Shown here one piece after another: positions 13,150-27,316 of a DNA stretch of 64,000 bases (position 1 is the first letter of the stretch; the number at the start of each line of letters is the position of its first letter). Both the position numbers and the translations under genes were made by a program. The stretch comes from Octopus vulgaris (taxonomy: Eukaryota): the NCBI GenBank assembly GCA_951406725.2, contig OX597821.1, positions 34,782,001 through 34,846,000 of the forward strand, written 5' to 3'. Below the pieces are notes generated by a model that was not told where the DNA came from, made no database searches, and saw nothing but the letters and a program-made list of their open reading frames with translations.

Positions 13150-13319
13150 TTCAAACATGGTGGCTATCAATGCGTAGGCGAGTATAACTCACTGATATAT
13201 TATCTTATCCTAAATGTTATAGACAATGGCTGTCAGTGGCGCTTACGCCGAAATTTGAAGTCAAAAGCAACTTGCTTAACAACATTAAAACTCACCTTCA
13301 AAGCCAGGTAGTCCAGAAA

Positions 13320-13620
13320 CAAGCAAGAGCAGGATTTCTGGCTCCGCAGTGAGGCGGGTGTTATTTCGGAATTTCCTTCTTGTAGAGAGATGTCTAAACA
13401 AAGACTAGGGGTCTCTCACTGCAAGCTGTTGGATGGGTGTTGACTCTACTGAGTTCAACCTTTCTCTGTCTGACAGGTTTTGCCATCGTGTAGAGTGTTC
13501 AACACAAATCACTTCCCTTGCCAAGCAGAGCCGGTAGGGCTTCCGGTCGTGTCACCCACGGTCCTACTAGACCATGTTACAGGCTGTTTTGGGTTACTTT
13601 GCCATCGGCAGTAAGTGATA
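13320..13620 (-). mobile_element. Possible RTE 5'UTR-derived fragment
   Basis: Minus strand CCCCTAGTCTTTGTTTAGACATCTCTCTACAAGAAGGAAATTCCGAAATAACACC resembles the conserved RTE 5'UTR block; similarity recalled from memory only. Confidence 0.3.
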
Positions 13621-13759
13621 CATACATACGTACATACATACATGAATATACATTCTCATTTGTATCTATCCTTCATAGATGCATAAGGTTATGTAACAAC
13701 AAATTTGACCGAAAACCTAGAAATAATTGGGTTCACGGAGAAAGAGCAAAAGAAACAGA

Positions 13760-14000
13760 TGCGGATTCCTCTAAATCCAATCTATTCGTGGCACAGTGAA
13801 AATCTGTAAGACATTCTGAAAATTCTCCACCTGAGATTCTTATGTGAATACATGCACACACGAGGTTGTACGTATCAACAGTTCAACCAACAAAATTCAA
13901 CCTAGATATTTACAAATACCGGGAACTCTCTTAACTAAAGAATTTCTTGTCGCTATGTTAGCGGCCGGCTTGAACTCTCTCAAGAACTTCAATAAAACTC
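13760..14000 (+). repeat. Unclassified dispersed repeat of about 240 bp; second copy inverted at about 49500-49740
   Basis: Shared CGGATTC..CAAATCCAATCTATT..GTGGCACA...GGAACTCTCTTAACT...CTTGTCGCT.TGTTAGCG.CCGGCTTGAACTCTCTCAAGAACTT; small 3' hairpins. Confidence 0.75.
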
Positions 14001-14058
14001 GAAGGTGCTCCAGCATGGCCGCAGTCAAATGACTGAGACGAATAAAAACAATAGATGA

Positions 14059-14134
<76 letters not shown>

Positions 14135-14644
14135 GTGTATATCTACACGTGTATACATACATACATTCATATATACGCACACATACACACATATGTATGC
14201 GTGTGTGTATGTGTTCATTGTCTGGCTTCAGTCATTAGACTCTGGTCGTTCTGGTTCACTCTCTTCAAACTTTTATTTGACTCTCACTCTCTCTCTCTCT
14301 CTCTCACACACACACTCACACACACAGACATATATACCACGGGATTTTTCAGTTTCCGTCTACCAAATCCACTCACAAGTCGTTGATCAAGCCGAGGCTA
14401 TAGTAGAAGACACTGGCCCACGGTGCCACACAGTAGGACTGAACCCCGAACCAAATGGTTGGCAAGCAAGTTTCTTATCACACAGCCACTCCTGCGCCTA
14501 TATGTGCATATATGAACGGCAACGGGAAACTCAGAGTAACAGATTTTGTTGAATTTTCTGCTGCTTTAAATAAAGCATATTACTCTACCACTGGTATTTG
14601 AGTACTCTTTTTTCCACCTTGTTTCACATTTATGTGTTTACTCC

Positions 14645-14761
<117 letters not shown>

Positions 14762-14849
14762 ATATACATATACATACATATATATATATATATACATATA
14801 TATAGATATATATAGATATATATACATATATACATATATATACATATAT

Positions 14850-15248
14850 ACGAGTGGCTGTGTGGTAAGTAGCTTGCTAACCAGCCACATGGTTCCGGGT
14901 TCAGTCCCACTGCGTGGCATCTTGGGCAAGTGTCTTCTGCTATAGCCCCGGGCCGACCAATGCCTTGTGAGTGGATTTGGTATACGGAAACTGAAAGAAG
15001 CCTGTCGTATATATGTATATAAATATATATGTGTGTGTTTGTGTGTCTGTGTTTGTCCCCCTAGCATTGCTTGACAACCGATGCTGGTGTGTTTACGTCC
15101 CCGTCACTTAGCGATTCGGCAAAAGACCGATAGAATAAGTACTGGGCTTACAAAGAATAAGTCCCGAGGTCGATTTGCTCGACTAAAAGGCGGTGCTCCA
15201 GCATGGCCGCAGTTGAATGACTGAAACAAGTAAAAGAGTAAAAGAGTA
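14850..15248 (+). mobile_element. SINE family 1, near full length
   Basis: High identity to the copy at 3415-3850. Confidence 0.88.
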
Positions 15249-15264
15249 TACATATATATATATC

Positions 15265-15314
<50 letters not shown>

Positions 15315-15389
15315 TATACATATATATACATTTATATACATATATATATATATACATATATATACTCATATATATATTATATATATATA

Positions 15390-15771
15390 TATATATGGTC
15401 AGAATCTATACGTGTGTATATGTTCCCCTTTTTCTCTCTCTCCCTCTTTCTCTGTATGTGCGTGTGCGTGTGTGCACGTATGTGTGTAATGACGTCACAT
15501 ATCCATACAAGTGAGTTCGTATAGGCTGATACTTTTAATGCTCATCCTCCCTCTCACCTTACTCATGCTCGACCCTACACAGCAGTTAATGTTACACATC
15601 TAACCACTTTTCTCTATAAATCTCTAAACCTTTTATATTCAGTTACTACGGCTCACTACTCTCCTACTTGACATACCTCACATATGATTCATGAGATTCG
15701 TACCCTCTGCACTTTTAAACAAATAGGTAGATACACAGATTGGTAGATAGATAGGTAGATAGATAGATATG

Positions 15772-15803
<32 letters not shown>

Positions 15804-15989
15804 TAGATTCATAGCAAGATAGAGAGACAGAGCGAGAGAAAAAGAAAGAGTGAATTGATAGATAGAAAGAGAAAGAGAGAGAAGGGTGAATTAATGGACA
15901 GAGAGAGAGAATAGGTCGACAGAGAGAGAAGGAGGGAGAGCGAGCGAGTGAGTGAGTGGGTGAGTGAGAGAGTGAGAGAGAGAGAGGGA

Positions 15990-16032
<43 letters not shown>

Positions 16033-16055
16033 TGCTGTCAGCAGAAACAAGAAGC
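15390..16055. repeat. Local segment duplicated in inverted orientation at about 22923-23560
   Basis: For example GTGAGTTCGTATAGGCTGATACTTTTAATGCTC here versus GAGCATTAAAAGTATCAGCCTATACGAACTCAC at about 23418-23450. Confidence 0.9.
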
Positions 16056-16468
16056 GGATCTTTTCGGTTTGAACGGCAGTTTTTTCTAGCGGTGTCATAT
16101 GAAATTGTCACCCATAATTATGACCCTAGTATCGTTCTATTGCATTTCAATCCGTTTTAGGGTTAGGGTTAGGGGTGGGGGAAGGGTATCTTTTTTCTTC
16201 ACAAATGAAAATAAACCCAATCTGTTTCTTAAACGAGGGACATATTCATACGGCACAGAATGTTTTCACCTCAATTGACGGTCATTGATTGGTTGAAATT
16301 GCAGAAATTGAAGAAAAAACAACAAATATCTTACAAACTATAGAATTTTCTCAATAAAGCCAAGAGAAAAAGATGTTTTATAAACACATTCTATCAGTAT
16401 ACGAAGTTTAAAAGTGTTTAGTTACCTAGAAATTATGTTAAAAACTGCCGTTCAAATCGAAAAGATCC
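16056..16468 (+). mobile_element. Non-autonomous DNA transposon (MITE) of about 415-435 bp, TIR GGATCTTTTCGGTTTGAACGGCAGTTTT, internal (TTAGGG)n
   Basis: TIRs at both ends. The flanks (ACAAGAAGC, which reads ACAGAAGC in the duplicated copy, and ACAGAATC) look like an 8-bp TSD. Confidence 0.9.
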
Positions 16469-17039
16469 ACAGAATCTCCCATCACTCCATTTTTTTCGTC
16501 TCTCTACGGAGTTCTCGCCGACAATCCCGTCCACCAGAAAGTGGAAGTTATGTTTGGGCATTTCAAAGGCATCATTCAGAGTATTTCTACTATTAATTCA
16601 CTTAAGAAACACGGGGTTTCAGGTTCGATCTCGCTGCATATCAGTCTACCATTACATGAACTCTACTCAGAGGATCCAACTTTAGTTCCTAAATGAACAG
16701 TAACAGCGTAATGACACAGTTCTAGTGAAGTGGCTGCCATACAACTGACATCCCCTCACAGAAAATAGTAAAAACTGCTTTTCCTAACATTTTATAAATG
16801 AGCAAACAGAATAGAGCTTCTTGTTTGTTATTTAATATAGATATATTTAAAACGTTAAAACCGTCATAATTTGTTCGTCTTCTTTACATTTTTCACAACC
16901 CCATTTAGTGGTGCCTTTCCGTCTGCTATGAGAGCCGCTGCTCTCGAGGTATTTGTACACCAAACTATTCATTATACTTGACAGTGTTAACTTTACTTAA
17001 AATACATCATGCAACGTGCTTATGACTATCCCTGACTCT

Positions 17040-17443
17040 CTTTACTCTTTCTTACTTGTTTCAGTCATTTGACTGCGGCCATGCTGGAGCACCGCCTTTA
17101 ATCGAGCAAATCGACCCCGGGACTTATTCTTTGTGAGCCCAGTACTTATTCTATCGGTCTCTTTTTGCCGAACCGCTAAGTGACGGAGACGTAAACACAC
17201 CAGCATCGGTTGTCAAGCAATGCTAGGGGGACAAACACAGACACACAAACATATACACACACACTTATATACATATATACGACAGGCTTCTTTCAGTTTC
17301 CATCTACCAAATCCACTCACAAGGTATTGGTCGGCCCGGGGCTATAGCAGAAGACACTTGCCCAAGGTGCCACGCAATGGGACTGAACCCGGAACCATGT
17401 GGCTGGTTAGCAAGCTAATTACCACACAGCCACTCCTGCGCCT
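17040..17443 (-). mobile_element. SINE family 1, full length
   Basis: High identity to other copies. Confidence 0.88.
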
Positions 17444-18142
17444 ATTTATATATAACTAATTTTCTCGAATATTATTGGATTGCCGAACAGAGGAACATGT
17501 CTTTCGAAAACGTTTTCCAGATAAATAGATGTCAACAAGAATGATTTGTTCCCACAAATATATTCCTCTAGCAATGATTCATTGAAAGTGTTGTTGGTAC
17601 CGTTGCACTCCCGTTTCTATACATGCGGATACAATCACCATACTTCGATACAAAATTTCTCAAAGAAATAAGAGCATATACATTAGACTGATAACAAGAA
17701 TAACTATGGTAAAGGCAAATACATCAAAATGAAAGAAATTAGGCGTTACTGTGTGGTAAGAAGCTTGCTTCCCTACCACATGGTTCGGGGTTTAGTCCTA
17801 CTGCGTGGCACCTCGGGTCGACCAACGCCTTGTGAGTGGATTTGGTACAAGAAAACTGAAAGAATCCCGTCATATATGTGTGTGTATGTGTTTGTCTGCG
17901 GTTGTCTTCCGCCCTTACTTCTTGACAACCGGTGCTGTTGTGTTTACGTCCCCGTTACATAGCGGTTCAGCAAAAAACCAATAGAATAAGTTTAATAGAA
18001 TAAGTTTTTAAAAAAAGTAATTACTGAAGTCGATACATTCGACCAAAAATTCCTTAAGGCGGTGCTCCAGCATAGCCGCAGTCTAATGACTGAAAGAATT
18101 GAAAAAAAAAAAAAAGAAAAAGAAACCAAAAAGGAAACTTAC

Positions 18143-18505
18143 CCAATTGCACACTAAAACGAAGATAAGGCACCAAACAAAAACTCCTTGGAACATGGTC
18201 TGCCGATGTCTAATAGAAGAATTTTTGCTACGAACACCACTAGCTTTTCGAACCGAGTTCGTCTGATCACCATGGTTACCGCTCTGGTCAGACCCATTCC
18301 TTAGATTGTCTTCTTCCTCTTTTCGCTTCCTTTCTTTGCGCTGTCTTCTTCGTTCTTCTCGCTCCAATTGATTATTACCTTCGTCGCCAGGATACGGAGT
18401 CGTTCGTCTGCGATTATTTCTTTGGTTTTGTCTCCTTCGATGCTGCTCATCATCGGAATTGTTCGCTTGGTCCAATATGTGGAATGTTCTGTTTTCGGTT
18501 TCACC
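18143..18505 (-). CDS. Host gene exon: charged Arg/Glu-rich region followed by a hydrophobic C-terminal segment (TM or GPI-signal-like)
   Basis: Acceptor ctttcaag|GGT GAA, donor TGG|gtaagt, 363 nt, phase 0-0. Peptide GETENRTFHILDQ...EREERRRQRKERKRKEEE...MFQGVFVWCLIFVLVCNW. Phase matches the donor of the Thr-rich exon. Confidence 0.7.
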
Positions 18506-21250
18506 CTTGAAAGTATTAAATAATAATAGAAGCAATATTAATATTAATATTAATATAAGAATTATTGTCATTTCTAACGTAAGAAAAAGGCTACAGATTT
18601 GTTGGGATTAACTTTATCATCGTTAATTGATTAGTAATTATTGTATCGAACCCAGAATGGATCTCAGACAAACCCACTCGGCGGAATTTGAACTGAGAAT
18701 TTCAAGTGATGCAACTAATTACTGCAAGACATTTTGTCATTCCGTTCCACTGCCATGTTGATTAATAATAATGCTGTTAATTAATAAACCATGGTTTCTG
18801 GCATAGACAAAGGGCCTAAAAAGGCGGTGGGGGTTATGTAGGGTATTAAATCGATCCAAGAACTTGATTAGTTCCTACTTGGGAAGAATTCAAGACAAAA
18901 TCAATTCTGGTGGGATTCGAGGTCGGAACATAAAGGACTGAAAGTAAATATTGATACTCTGCCGATTTTGTCATCCACCACCTTTAAAAGTGATTTGTAA
19001 CAAGGCCTGAAACCTTGAAGGAAGCCAAATATATCAAGCCCAGTACTTTTGTTTATCGACCTCGTAAAGATAAGAAATAAAATTGATCTCAGCTGGATTT
19101 GAACTCAGAACGTAAAAATGCTGGAACGAACAACACAAAACATTTTGCCCGACGTTCTAAACGATCTTACCACATCCCCGTTCTTATCACTGTCACCCAT
19201 TAAAAATAATGAATTCAAATTTTAGCATAAGGCTAGCAATTTCGAGGGTGGAGGCAAGTTGATTACATTGACCCCTATGTTCAAATGGTACTTATTTTAT
19301 CGACCACGAAAGGATAAAAGGCAAAGTCGACTTCGGTGGAATTTGAACTCAGAACGTAAAGACAAATGAAAGTGGGTATGGTATATTCTGTTATATCGAC
19401 TTATATTTATTTTATATACCCCAGAAAGACTAAAAGCAAAAAGTTGACACCAAGAGGATTTGAACGCAGAACCTGAGGGTTGGCTGGTTTAATTAGACAC
19501 CGAGAGGTATTAGATATATATATGTTTGTTCCTTCTCGAGCCATGCCTGGCTCATTAGGGCCGGTTTCCCGGTTTCCTTGGCGTATAGGCTCCCTACCTG
19601 GATGGGTCACCAGTCTGTCGCAGGTGAGCTGCAAGATGCAGGAAGTAAGAGTGTATATATATATATATATATATCCGGCACTAGTCACCATGATAGATCG
19701 TTAGCTACTACACACATTTTTTTCTGTCCTTGTTTTTTTCTATGTCCCTTTCTGTAGGCTCGAAACGTAAAAGACTTTTTCTATTCCTGAGCGTTATACT
19801 AATACATCTGTTTGGTTTGTACACCACCTGTCTTCGTCTTGTTTTTTTCGTAAACTCTCCCTATATATATATATACTTCAACTAATTACTCTGCTGTATC
19901 CATCATCTTGATAATGATTGTTAAACCTCTTGCAAAGGACACAGATGTACAGTAAATCATTTTACAGAAATATTATTTTAAGCAAAGAGACAAATTAAAG
20001 AAATTCGAATAAAGTAAAGTGTTTAATGATAATGTTTACTATAAAATTTTGTATTAATGGCATAGTATTAATAATATTATTTTTTCTTGTTTTACATAAC
20101 AAAATAATTATTTGAAAATTTAGTTTAATTGTACGTTACAGATAATACTAGAATTAAGGTGGTTTTATCTTTTGTTAAGACTAGAATTAAGATTATTTTA
20201 AGTTCTTTTATTTTTGATTAAAAAGAGGAACAACAATAGATATCTAGAAGGAAAAATACCAAAAGCAAAAAACCCAACGGAAATACACCAAACAAGCAAT
20301 GGAAATAATAATAATGATAATAATAATGCTTTATACTATAAGCACAAGGCCTGAAATTTTGGGGGAGGGGTAAGTTGATTATATCGATCCCAATGCTCAA
20401 CTGGTACTTAATTTATCGACCCCGAAAGGATGAAAGGAAAAGTCGACCTCGGCGGAATCTGAACTCAGAAAGTAGCGGCAGACGAAATACCTATTTCTTT
20501 ACTACCCACAAGGGGCTAAACACAGAGGGGACAAACAAGAATAGACAAACGGATTAAGTCGATTACATCGACCCCAGTGCGTAACTGGTACTTATTTAAT
20601 CGACCCCGAAAGGATGAAAGGCAAAGTCGACTTCGGCGGAATTTGAACTAAGAATGTAGCGGCGAACGAAATACTGCTAAGCATTTCGCCCGGCGTGCTA
20701 ACGATTCTGCTAGCTTATTAATAATAATATTATTATTATTACTAATAATTAAAAAAAAACGAAACGTTTGGGTTCTTCATATAATCAATAATTGCATAAA
20801 CCATTATATTGGAAACGAACTAAAAAATTACTATTAAGTCAGTAGCAGAAACACACAGACACACACACACAGACACACACACAGACACATTGTGCTGTTG
20901 ACACGTAACTAATATAGATAAAAAACCCAAATGAGCGAATAAAAAAGTAAAATAAAAATCAAACAAAATAATCTAAACCTAAAGAAATCCAAATACAAAC
21001 CAAAAAATAAAAAAAAGAAAATCCCCCAAAATCCAAATCCAAACCAGGAAGTTATTTAGAAGAGAAAAAGAGAAGAGAAAACACACATAGAAAAACGCAC
21101 AAACGCACACAAAACGGTACACTATGAATCTATTAACGATACTGATTTCTAAAACTTGGCACATGGTCAAAAATTCAGAATGAGGGTAGGTGGGGTGGGT
21201 ATTGTCAATTCAAGGCACACCAATGATTCCTGTCGTTGACAATAAGGCTG

Positions 21251-21681
21251 GGATCTTTTCGGTTTGAACGGCAGTTTTTAACATAATTTATAGGTAACTA
21301 AAAAATTTTAAACTTCGTATACTGGTAGAATGTGTTTATAAAACATCTTTTTCTCTTGGCTTTATTGAGAAAATTCTATAGTTTGTAAGATATTTGTTGT
21401 TTTTTTCTTCAATTTCTGCAATTTCAACCAATCAGTGACGTCTATTGAGTTAAAAAGCATTCTGTGCCGTATGAACATGTCCCTCGTTTAAGAAACAGAT
21501 TGGGTTTATTTACATTTGTGAAGAAAAAAAGATATCCTTCCTCCACCCCTAAACCTAACCCTAACTAACCCTAACCCTAAAACAGATTTAAATGCAATAG
21601 ATCAATTCTAGGGTCATAATTATGGGTGACAATTTCATATGACACCGCTAGAAAAAACTGCCGTTCAAACCGAAAAGATCC
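21251..21681 (-). mobile_element. TTAGGG-containing MITE, complete, 8-bp TSD
   Basis: Both TIRs present; TSD TAAGGCTG / TAATGCTG (7/8 match). Confidence 0.92.
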
Positions 21682-22285
21682 TAATGCTGTCACACATTTT
21701 TTTTTGTGCAGGGTGAAGAGAAAGGAGCAGTCGATTTTACTGAATCCTAGTTAACCACTGGTATTTAATTTTATCCACACTGGAATAAGCCTTTATTATA
21801 TAGGCACATGGCCTGAAATTTATGGGGGCGGTGTCAAGTCGATAACATCGACCCCGATACTTAACTAGTACATTTTTCATCGACCCCGAAAGGATGAAAG
21901 GCAAAGTCAACCACGTGAGAATTTGAACTCCGAACGTAAAGACGGACGAAATGCCGCTCAATATTTTGTCCGGCGAGCTAAGGATTCTATCAGCTTGCCA
22001 TATTACCATTCACAAGAATGATGAAAGACCAGTAAGATTTGAACTCAGAACGTAAAAACGGACAATGTGTCCCTCAGCATTTTCTGTCAGCTCGTCGCTT
22101 TACCGTCAAAGGAATATAAGCTCAAGTTGCGCATAGCAAGATTTAAACTAAGAACTTAAAGAATGCAACAAAATAAAGTAAATAGCACTAGGTGTTTTGT
22201 ATGTCGCTGTATCGGTTCTGCCATTCAATCTGCTTCATTAATAAATAGCAAGTCGTGAATCTAAGACGAGTGGAGTTAATCAATT

Positions 22286-22951
22286 GGATCTTTTCGGTTT
22301 GAACGGCAGTTTTTAACATAATTAAATACCAGTTGTGTATTGGGGTCGACCTAATCGACTGGCCCTCTCCCACAAAATTTCCAGCCTTGTGCCTAGAATA
22401 GAAAAGAATATTTATTATACCGAACCTGAAGTTGACCTCGGCAGGATTTGAACTCTAGATTTAAGGCGACCATCAGAAATCATCTTGTCTGTCACCCCAG
22501 AGTTTCTGCTAATCCACCGTGCTTAACATTTTTTTATAATAAGACATAATTTCTAGGTAACTAAAAAATTTTAAACTTCATATACTGGTAGAATGTGTTT
22601 ATAAAACATCTTTTTCTCTTGGCTTTATTGAGAAAATTCTATAGTTTGTAAGATATTTGTTGTTTTTTTTCTTCAATTTCTGCAATTTCAACCAGTCAGT
22701 GACGTCTATTGGGTTAAAAAGCATTCTGTGCCATATGAATATGTCCCTCGTTTAAGAAACAGATTGGGTTTATTTACATTTGTGAAGAAAAAAGATACCC
22801 TTCCCCTAACCCTAACCCTAAAAGAGATTGAAATGCGATAGATCGATACTAGGGTCATAATTATGGGTGACAATTTCATATGACACCGCTAGAAAAAACT
22901 GCCGTTCAAACCGAAAAGATCCGCTTCTGTTTCTGCTGACAGCAAATTCTC

Positions 22952-22995
<44 letters not shown>

Positions 22996-23548
22996 ACTCT
23001 CTCACTCACCCACTCACTCACTCGCTCGCTCTCCCTCCTTCTCTCTCTGTCGACCTATTCTCTCTCTCTGTCCATTAATTCTCCCCTCTCTCTCTCTCTC
23101 TTTCTATCTATCAATTCACTCTTTCTTTTTCTCTCGCTCTGTCTCTCTATCTTGCTATGAATCTAATTACCTATCTATCTATCTACATATCTATCTATCT
23201 AGCTATCTTTCTATCTACCAATCTGTGTAGCTACCTATTTGTTTAAAAGTGCAGAGGGTACGAATCTCATGAATCATATGTGAGGTATGTGAAGTTGGAG
23301 AGTAGTGAGCCGTAGTAACTAAATATGAAAGGTTTAGAGATTTATAGAGAAAAGTGGTTAGATGTGTAACATTAACTGCTGTGTAGGGTCGAGCATGAGT
23401 AAGGTGAGAGGGAGGATGAGCATTAAAAGTATCAGCCTATACGAACTCACTTGTATGGATATGTGACGTCATTACACACATACATGCACATACACATATA
23501 CAGAGAAAAAGAGAAAAGGGGGAACATATACACGTATAGATACTGACC

Positions 23549-23644
<96 letters not shown>

Positions 23645-24022
23645 GTATATATATGTGTGTGTATATATATATATGTGTATATATATATATGTGTATATAT
23701 GTGTGTATATATATATGTGTATATATGTATATATATATATATGTATATAGTTTGTAAGATATTTGTTGTTTTTTTTCTTCAATTTCAACCAATCACTGAC
23801 GTCTATTGAGGTAAAAAAAACATTCTGTGCCGTATGAACATGTCCCTCGTTTAAGAAACAGTTTGTGTTTATTTACATTTGTGAAGAAAAAAAGATACCC
23901 TTCCCCCACCCCTAACCCTAAAAGAGATTGAAATGCAATAGATCGATACTAGGGTCATAATTATGGGTGACAATTTCATATGACACCGCTAGAAAAAAAT
24001 GCCGTTCAAACCGAAAAGATCC
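22286..24022 (-). mobile_element. Composite MITE of 1.74 kb with captured local sequence and a perfect 8-bp TSD
   Basis: Outer TIRs at 22286 and 24022 are flanked by AATCAATT on both sides. There is an internal TIR ending at 22922, plus inverted copies of 24284-24509 and 15390-16055. Confidence 0.85.
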
Positions 24023-25513
24023 AATCAATTAAATCGATTTGAGTACTTGACTGGTGGTTTTCGTTTCTCTGCTCTACGAGGATAAAACACAAGCGGTGAG
24101 ATTTTAATGTAAAAGAGCAGAACAAATACTCCAAGGTATTTTCCTCACAGCAATTACGATTCTGTTATCAAATAATTATTTTTAACCAAGGTACAGAGTT
24201 ATCGTTCTTTATATGCTCTGCTCCCGAGAATTTGATTGGTACCTTATTCCATAGAGTACAGAACAATGACGGCAGATATCTTGGTCTTATTATAAAAACA
24301 TGTTAAGCACGGTGGATTAGCAGAAACTCTGGGGTGACAGACAAGATGATTTGTGATGGTCGCCTTAAATCTAGAGTTCAAATCCTGCCGAGGTCAACTT
24401 CAGGTTCGGTATAATAAATATTCTTTTCTATTCTAGGCACAAAGCTGGAAATTTTGTGGGAGAGAGCCAGCCGATTAGGTCGACCCCAATACACAACTGG
24501 TATTTAATTTATCGACTCCGAAATGATGAAAGGCAAAGTCGACCTCGGTGGAATTTGAACTAAGAACGTAAAGACAAACGAAATACTGCTAAGCATTTCG
24601 CCCGGTGCGCTAACGTTTCTGCCAGCTCATCGCCTTTCAGTATAATAAATATTCTTTTCTACTCGAGGCACAAGGCCCGAAATTTTTGGGGAGGTGGGGA
24701 GCAGTCGATTAGATCGACCCCAGTATGCAAGTGGTACTTAATTTATCGACTCCGATAGGATGAAAGGCAAAGTCGATCTCGGCGGAATTTGAATTCAAAA
24801 CGCAAAGACAGACGAAATACCGAAAAGCACGACCGGCGTGCTTACGTTTCTTATTTCTTGATTGCCCACAAGGGGCTAAACATAGATGGGACAAAGAGAT
24901 CAAGTCAATTACATCGACCCCAGTGCGTAACTGGTACTTAATTTATTGACCCCGAAAGGGTGAAAGGCAAAGTTGACCTCAGCGGAATTCGAACTCAGAA
25001 CGTGACGGCAGACGAAACACCGCTAAACATTTCGCCTGGCGCGCTAACGCTTCTACCAGCACGCCGCCTTTCAGTATAATAAGTATTAAATCAGTGAAAC
25101 ATTGAAATTGCTAATAATTCTTTAGCGGTTTCATTTACCGAAGAGCAACTTAAACGCTACTACTAGATTGTATATTTGTTTTCTACTTATCTTATCAACT
25201 GCATAACGGCGGACAGTCCCCGTTACCCTTAATGTAAAGGGATGTATCAACAGTGAAGCACCATACCGCAAGATATTTTTGTTCGACGCTCCGACATTTC
25301 ATTCACACCTCGTGTATGTGTGTGTGTGTGTGTGTTTTTGTATGTGTGCGTGTGCGCGCAGTTAGTAGTATCCACACTTGGAACAGCATCGTATTAAAAT
25401 ACCTGTGATTATAAAACTTATAATGTATACATTAACGTGGAACAGTACTACGTGTAATATTTTGTCATAGAGAAAATTCTGAAAGAGCAACTGCTTTTTC
25501 ACGTTTGTATATA

Positions 25514-26263
25514 CAGGGTAGGACAGAGAGGACGGACGTTTTTTGAAATAGCTATTTTGCTGCCCCATGGGGGAGGGACATATCTCCGACAAGTACCATT
25601 CGGTCCGTGATGTCTTAGCATTTTTTCTTTGCTGGTAAAGCCATGGCACTGTGGACGATAGACCATCGCGTGTTTTCTTATGACAGTTACGTAAAGAATA
25701 ACGAGTCTGTCACAGAAGTTCAGCGTGAGTTTCGGCGCCACTTTAACATTCACCTTAATCGGGCTGTTTCCTCCCGTAATACAATCTCATGTTGGGTGAA
25801 TGCACTTGATACACGAGGTTACATTAAGGAACAGGAAACTAGTGGTGGCGCCACAAACGGTACGGACCCTGGAAAATGTGGAACGCGTTAGACAAGCTTT
25901 GATACGGAGTCCAAATCGCCCTGCCAGGAGGCATCCCACTTAACTTGTTATCGATAATCGATCGGTAAGGCGTATTTTGTAGGAAGACCAACATTTCCAC
26001 ACATAAAAGTTGGTCACTGGGCAATAGTTGAAACCGTGGAACTATAATTAGAACAATGATGGAGAGAGTGGAGGCCAATTTCCAAGAATGCCTTCAGAAA
26101 TGCATCAATGAAAACGGACACCACATGATGGATGTTGTTTTCAACACTTAATTTTGACAAATGCTAATTCAATACAAACATATTGATGCCAATAAAACTT
26201 GCAGCTAAAATTAATGAATTTTGGGAATTTTTCAAAAACGTCCTTCTTTCCTGTCCCGCCCTG
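25514..26263 (+). mobile_element. Internally deleted Tc1/mariner-superfamily DNA transposon with degenerate transposase
   Basis: TA|CAGGGTAGGACAGAGAGGACGGACGTTTTT ... AAAAACGTCCTTCTTTCCTGTCCCGCCCTG|TA. ORF 25643-25891 (MALWTIDHRVFSYDSYVKNNESVTEVQREFRRHFNI...) is a DUF4817-like HTH. A C-terminal remnant CINENGHHM lies near 26100. Confidence 0.88.
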
Positions 26264-26346
26264 TAATTTATGACTTTTACAGAAGCGATATTTTAATCCA
26301 TTGCTGTTCTAAGTACGAATATATATATATATATATATATAAGTAC

Positions 26347-26385
<39 letters not shown>

Positions 26386-27106
26386 GATACACAGATACAC
26401 TTATATAGGAAAATACACACACATACACGACGGTCATCCGTAGATCAGAAGGATTAACAAGTTCCACTCACTAAGCCTTGGTCGGCTCCATATTATGACA
26501 TTATAAATTTGCGTAAAGTGCCGCCGCGCAGTTAAAAAATGTTATTAATAAATCCAATAGAAAATCATTATTATTATTTTTATTTTTATTTTTTACCATC
26601 AAACAGCAACTCAGACTAGAAGCACAAACTCAGTGCACTAAATATAAATTTTAAAAAATCCAAAACAATTGCTTACGTAGTGAGTGCATCTAAAGTGCAG
26701 AAATCTAACAAACGATCATCAGATTGAATCTGCTGAATATTAAAGATGCAGCAGTTGTGCGAATGAAGATGAAATAGTTAAACAAAACAGCAAACAACAC
26801 TAGGCAGAGTGAAGGCAAACAATTAATCAAATGAAAAAATCAATAAACATGACCGCCATTTAAGGGGAGATAACATTCGATGCCAAACCTACATGCTTTC
26901 GTCATTTCTTGAATTGATAGGGACTGATAATCTAAATAGAAAATGATCAGGTGGTAAAAGTGAACAGTGTAAAACATCAGCATAAAAGATCGAGTTTAGT
27001 TTCAGCCGATTCATGGCAAAGAAATATTTCTGAAGAGAAGAAAACAAGAAAGAAAAGAAAGAAAAGCACATATGATATTAGTTATGTTCGTTGTTTTCGG
27101 CATATA

Positions 27107-27150
<44 letters not shown>

Positions 27151-27244
27151 AGAAATGGTAAGACAACAAAAGAATGAAAGAGACCTCGGTATTATGTAAA
27201 TAGACCAATTTATCTGTAAATGTAATATGTGACAATTATTCGGT

Positions 27245-27316
27245 AGCCATGATAAAACTCCGAGTTTCGGATGCCGGGGTGGAAATCCACGCCACCATCT
27301 CTTCAGTTATCTGGCC
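27245..27316 (-). ncRNA. Type-I hammerhead ribozyme motif
   Basis: GCCAGAUAA-CUGAAGA-GAUG(..GUGGAUUUCCAC..)CAUC-C-GAAA-CUCGGAG-UU-UUAUCAUGGC. Intact CUGANGA/GAAA core, 9-bp stem I with one bulge, near-palindromic stem III, GUU cleavage triplet. Confidence 0.72.

Noticed and set aside
16158-16186. TTAGGG repeats as a telomere or chromosome-fusion scar
   Set aside because: Only 2-4 units, and an internal part of the MITE in each such copy.
26677-26732. Possible small minus-strand exon (QIQSDDRLLDFCTLDALT, donor gtaagc)
   Set aside because: Phase 0-2 is incompatible with the neighbouring predicted exons unless another exon is missing; no recognisable motif.
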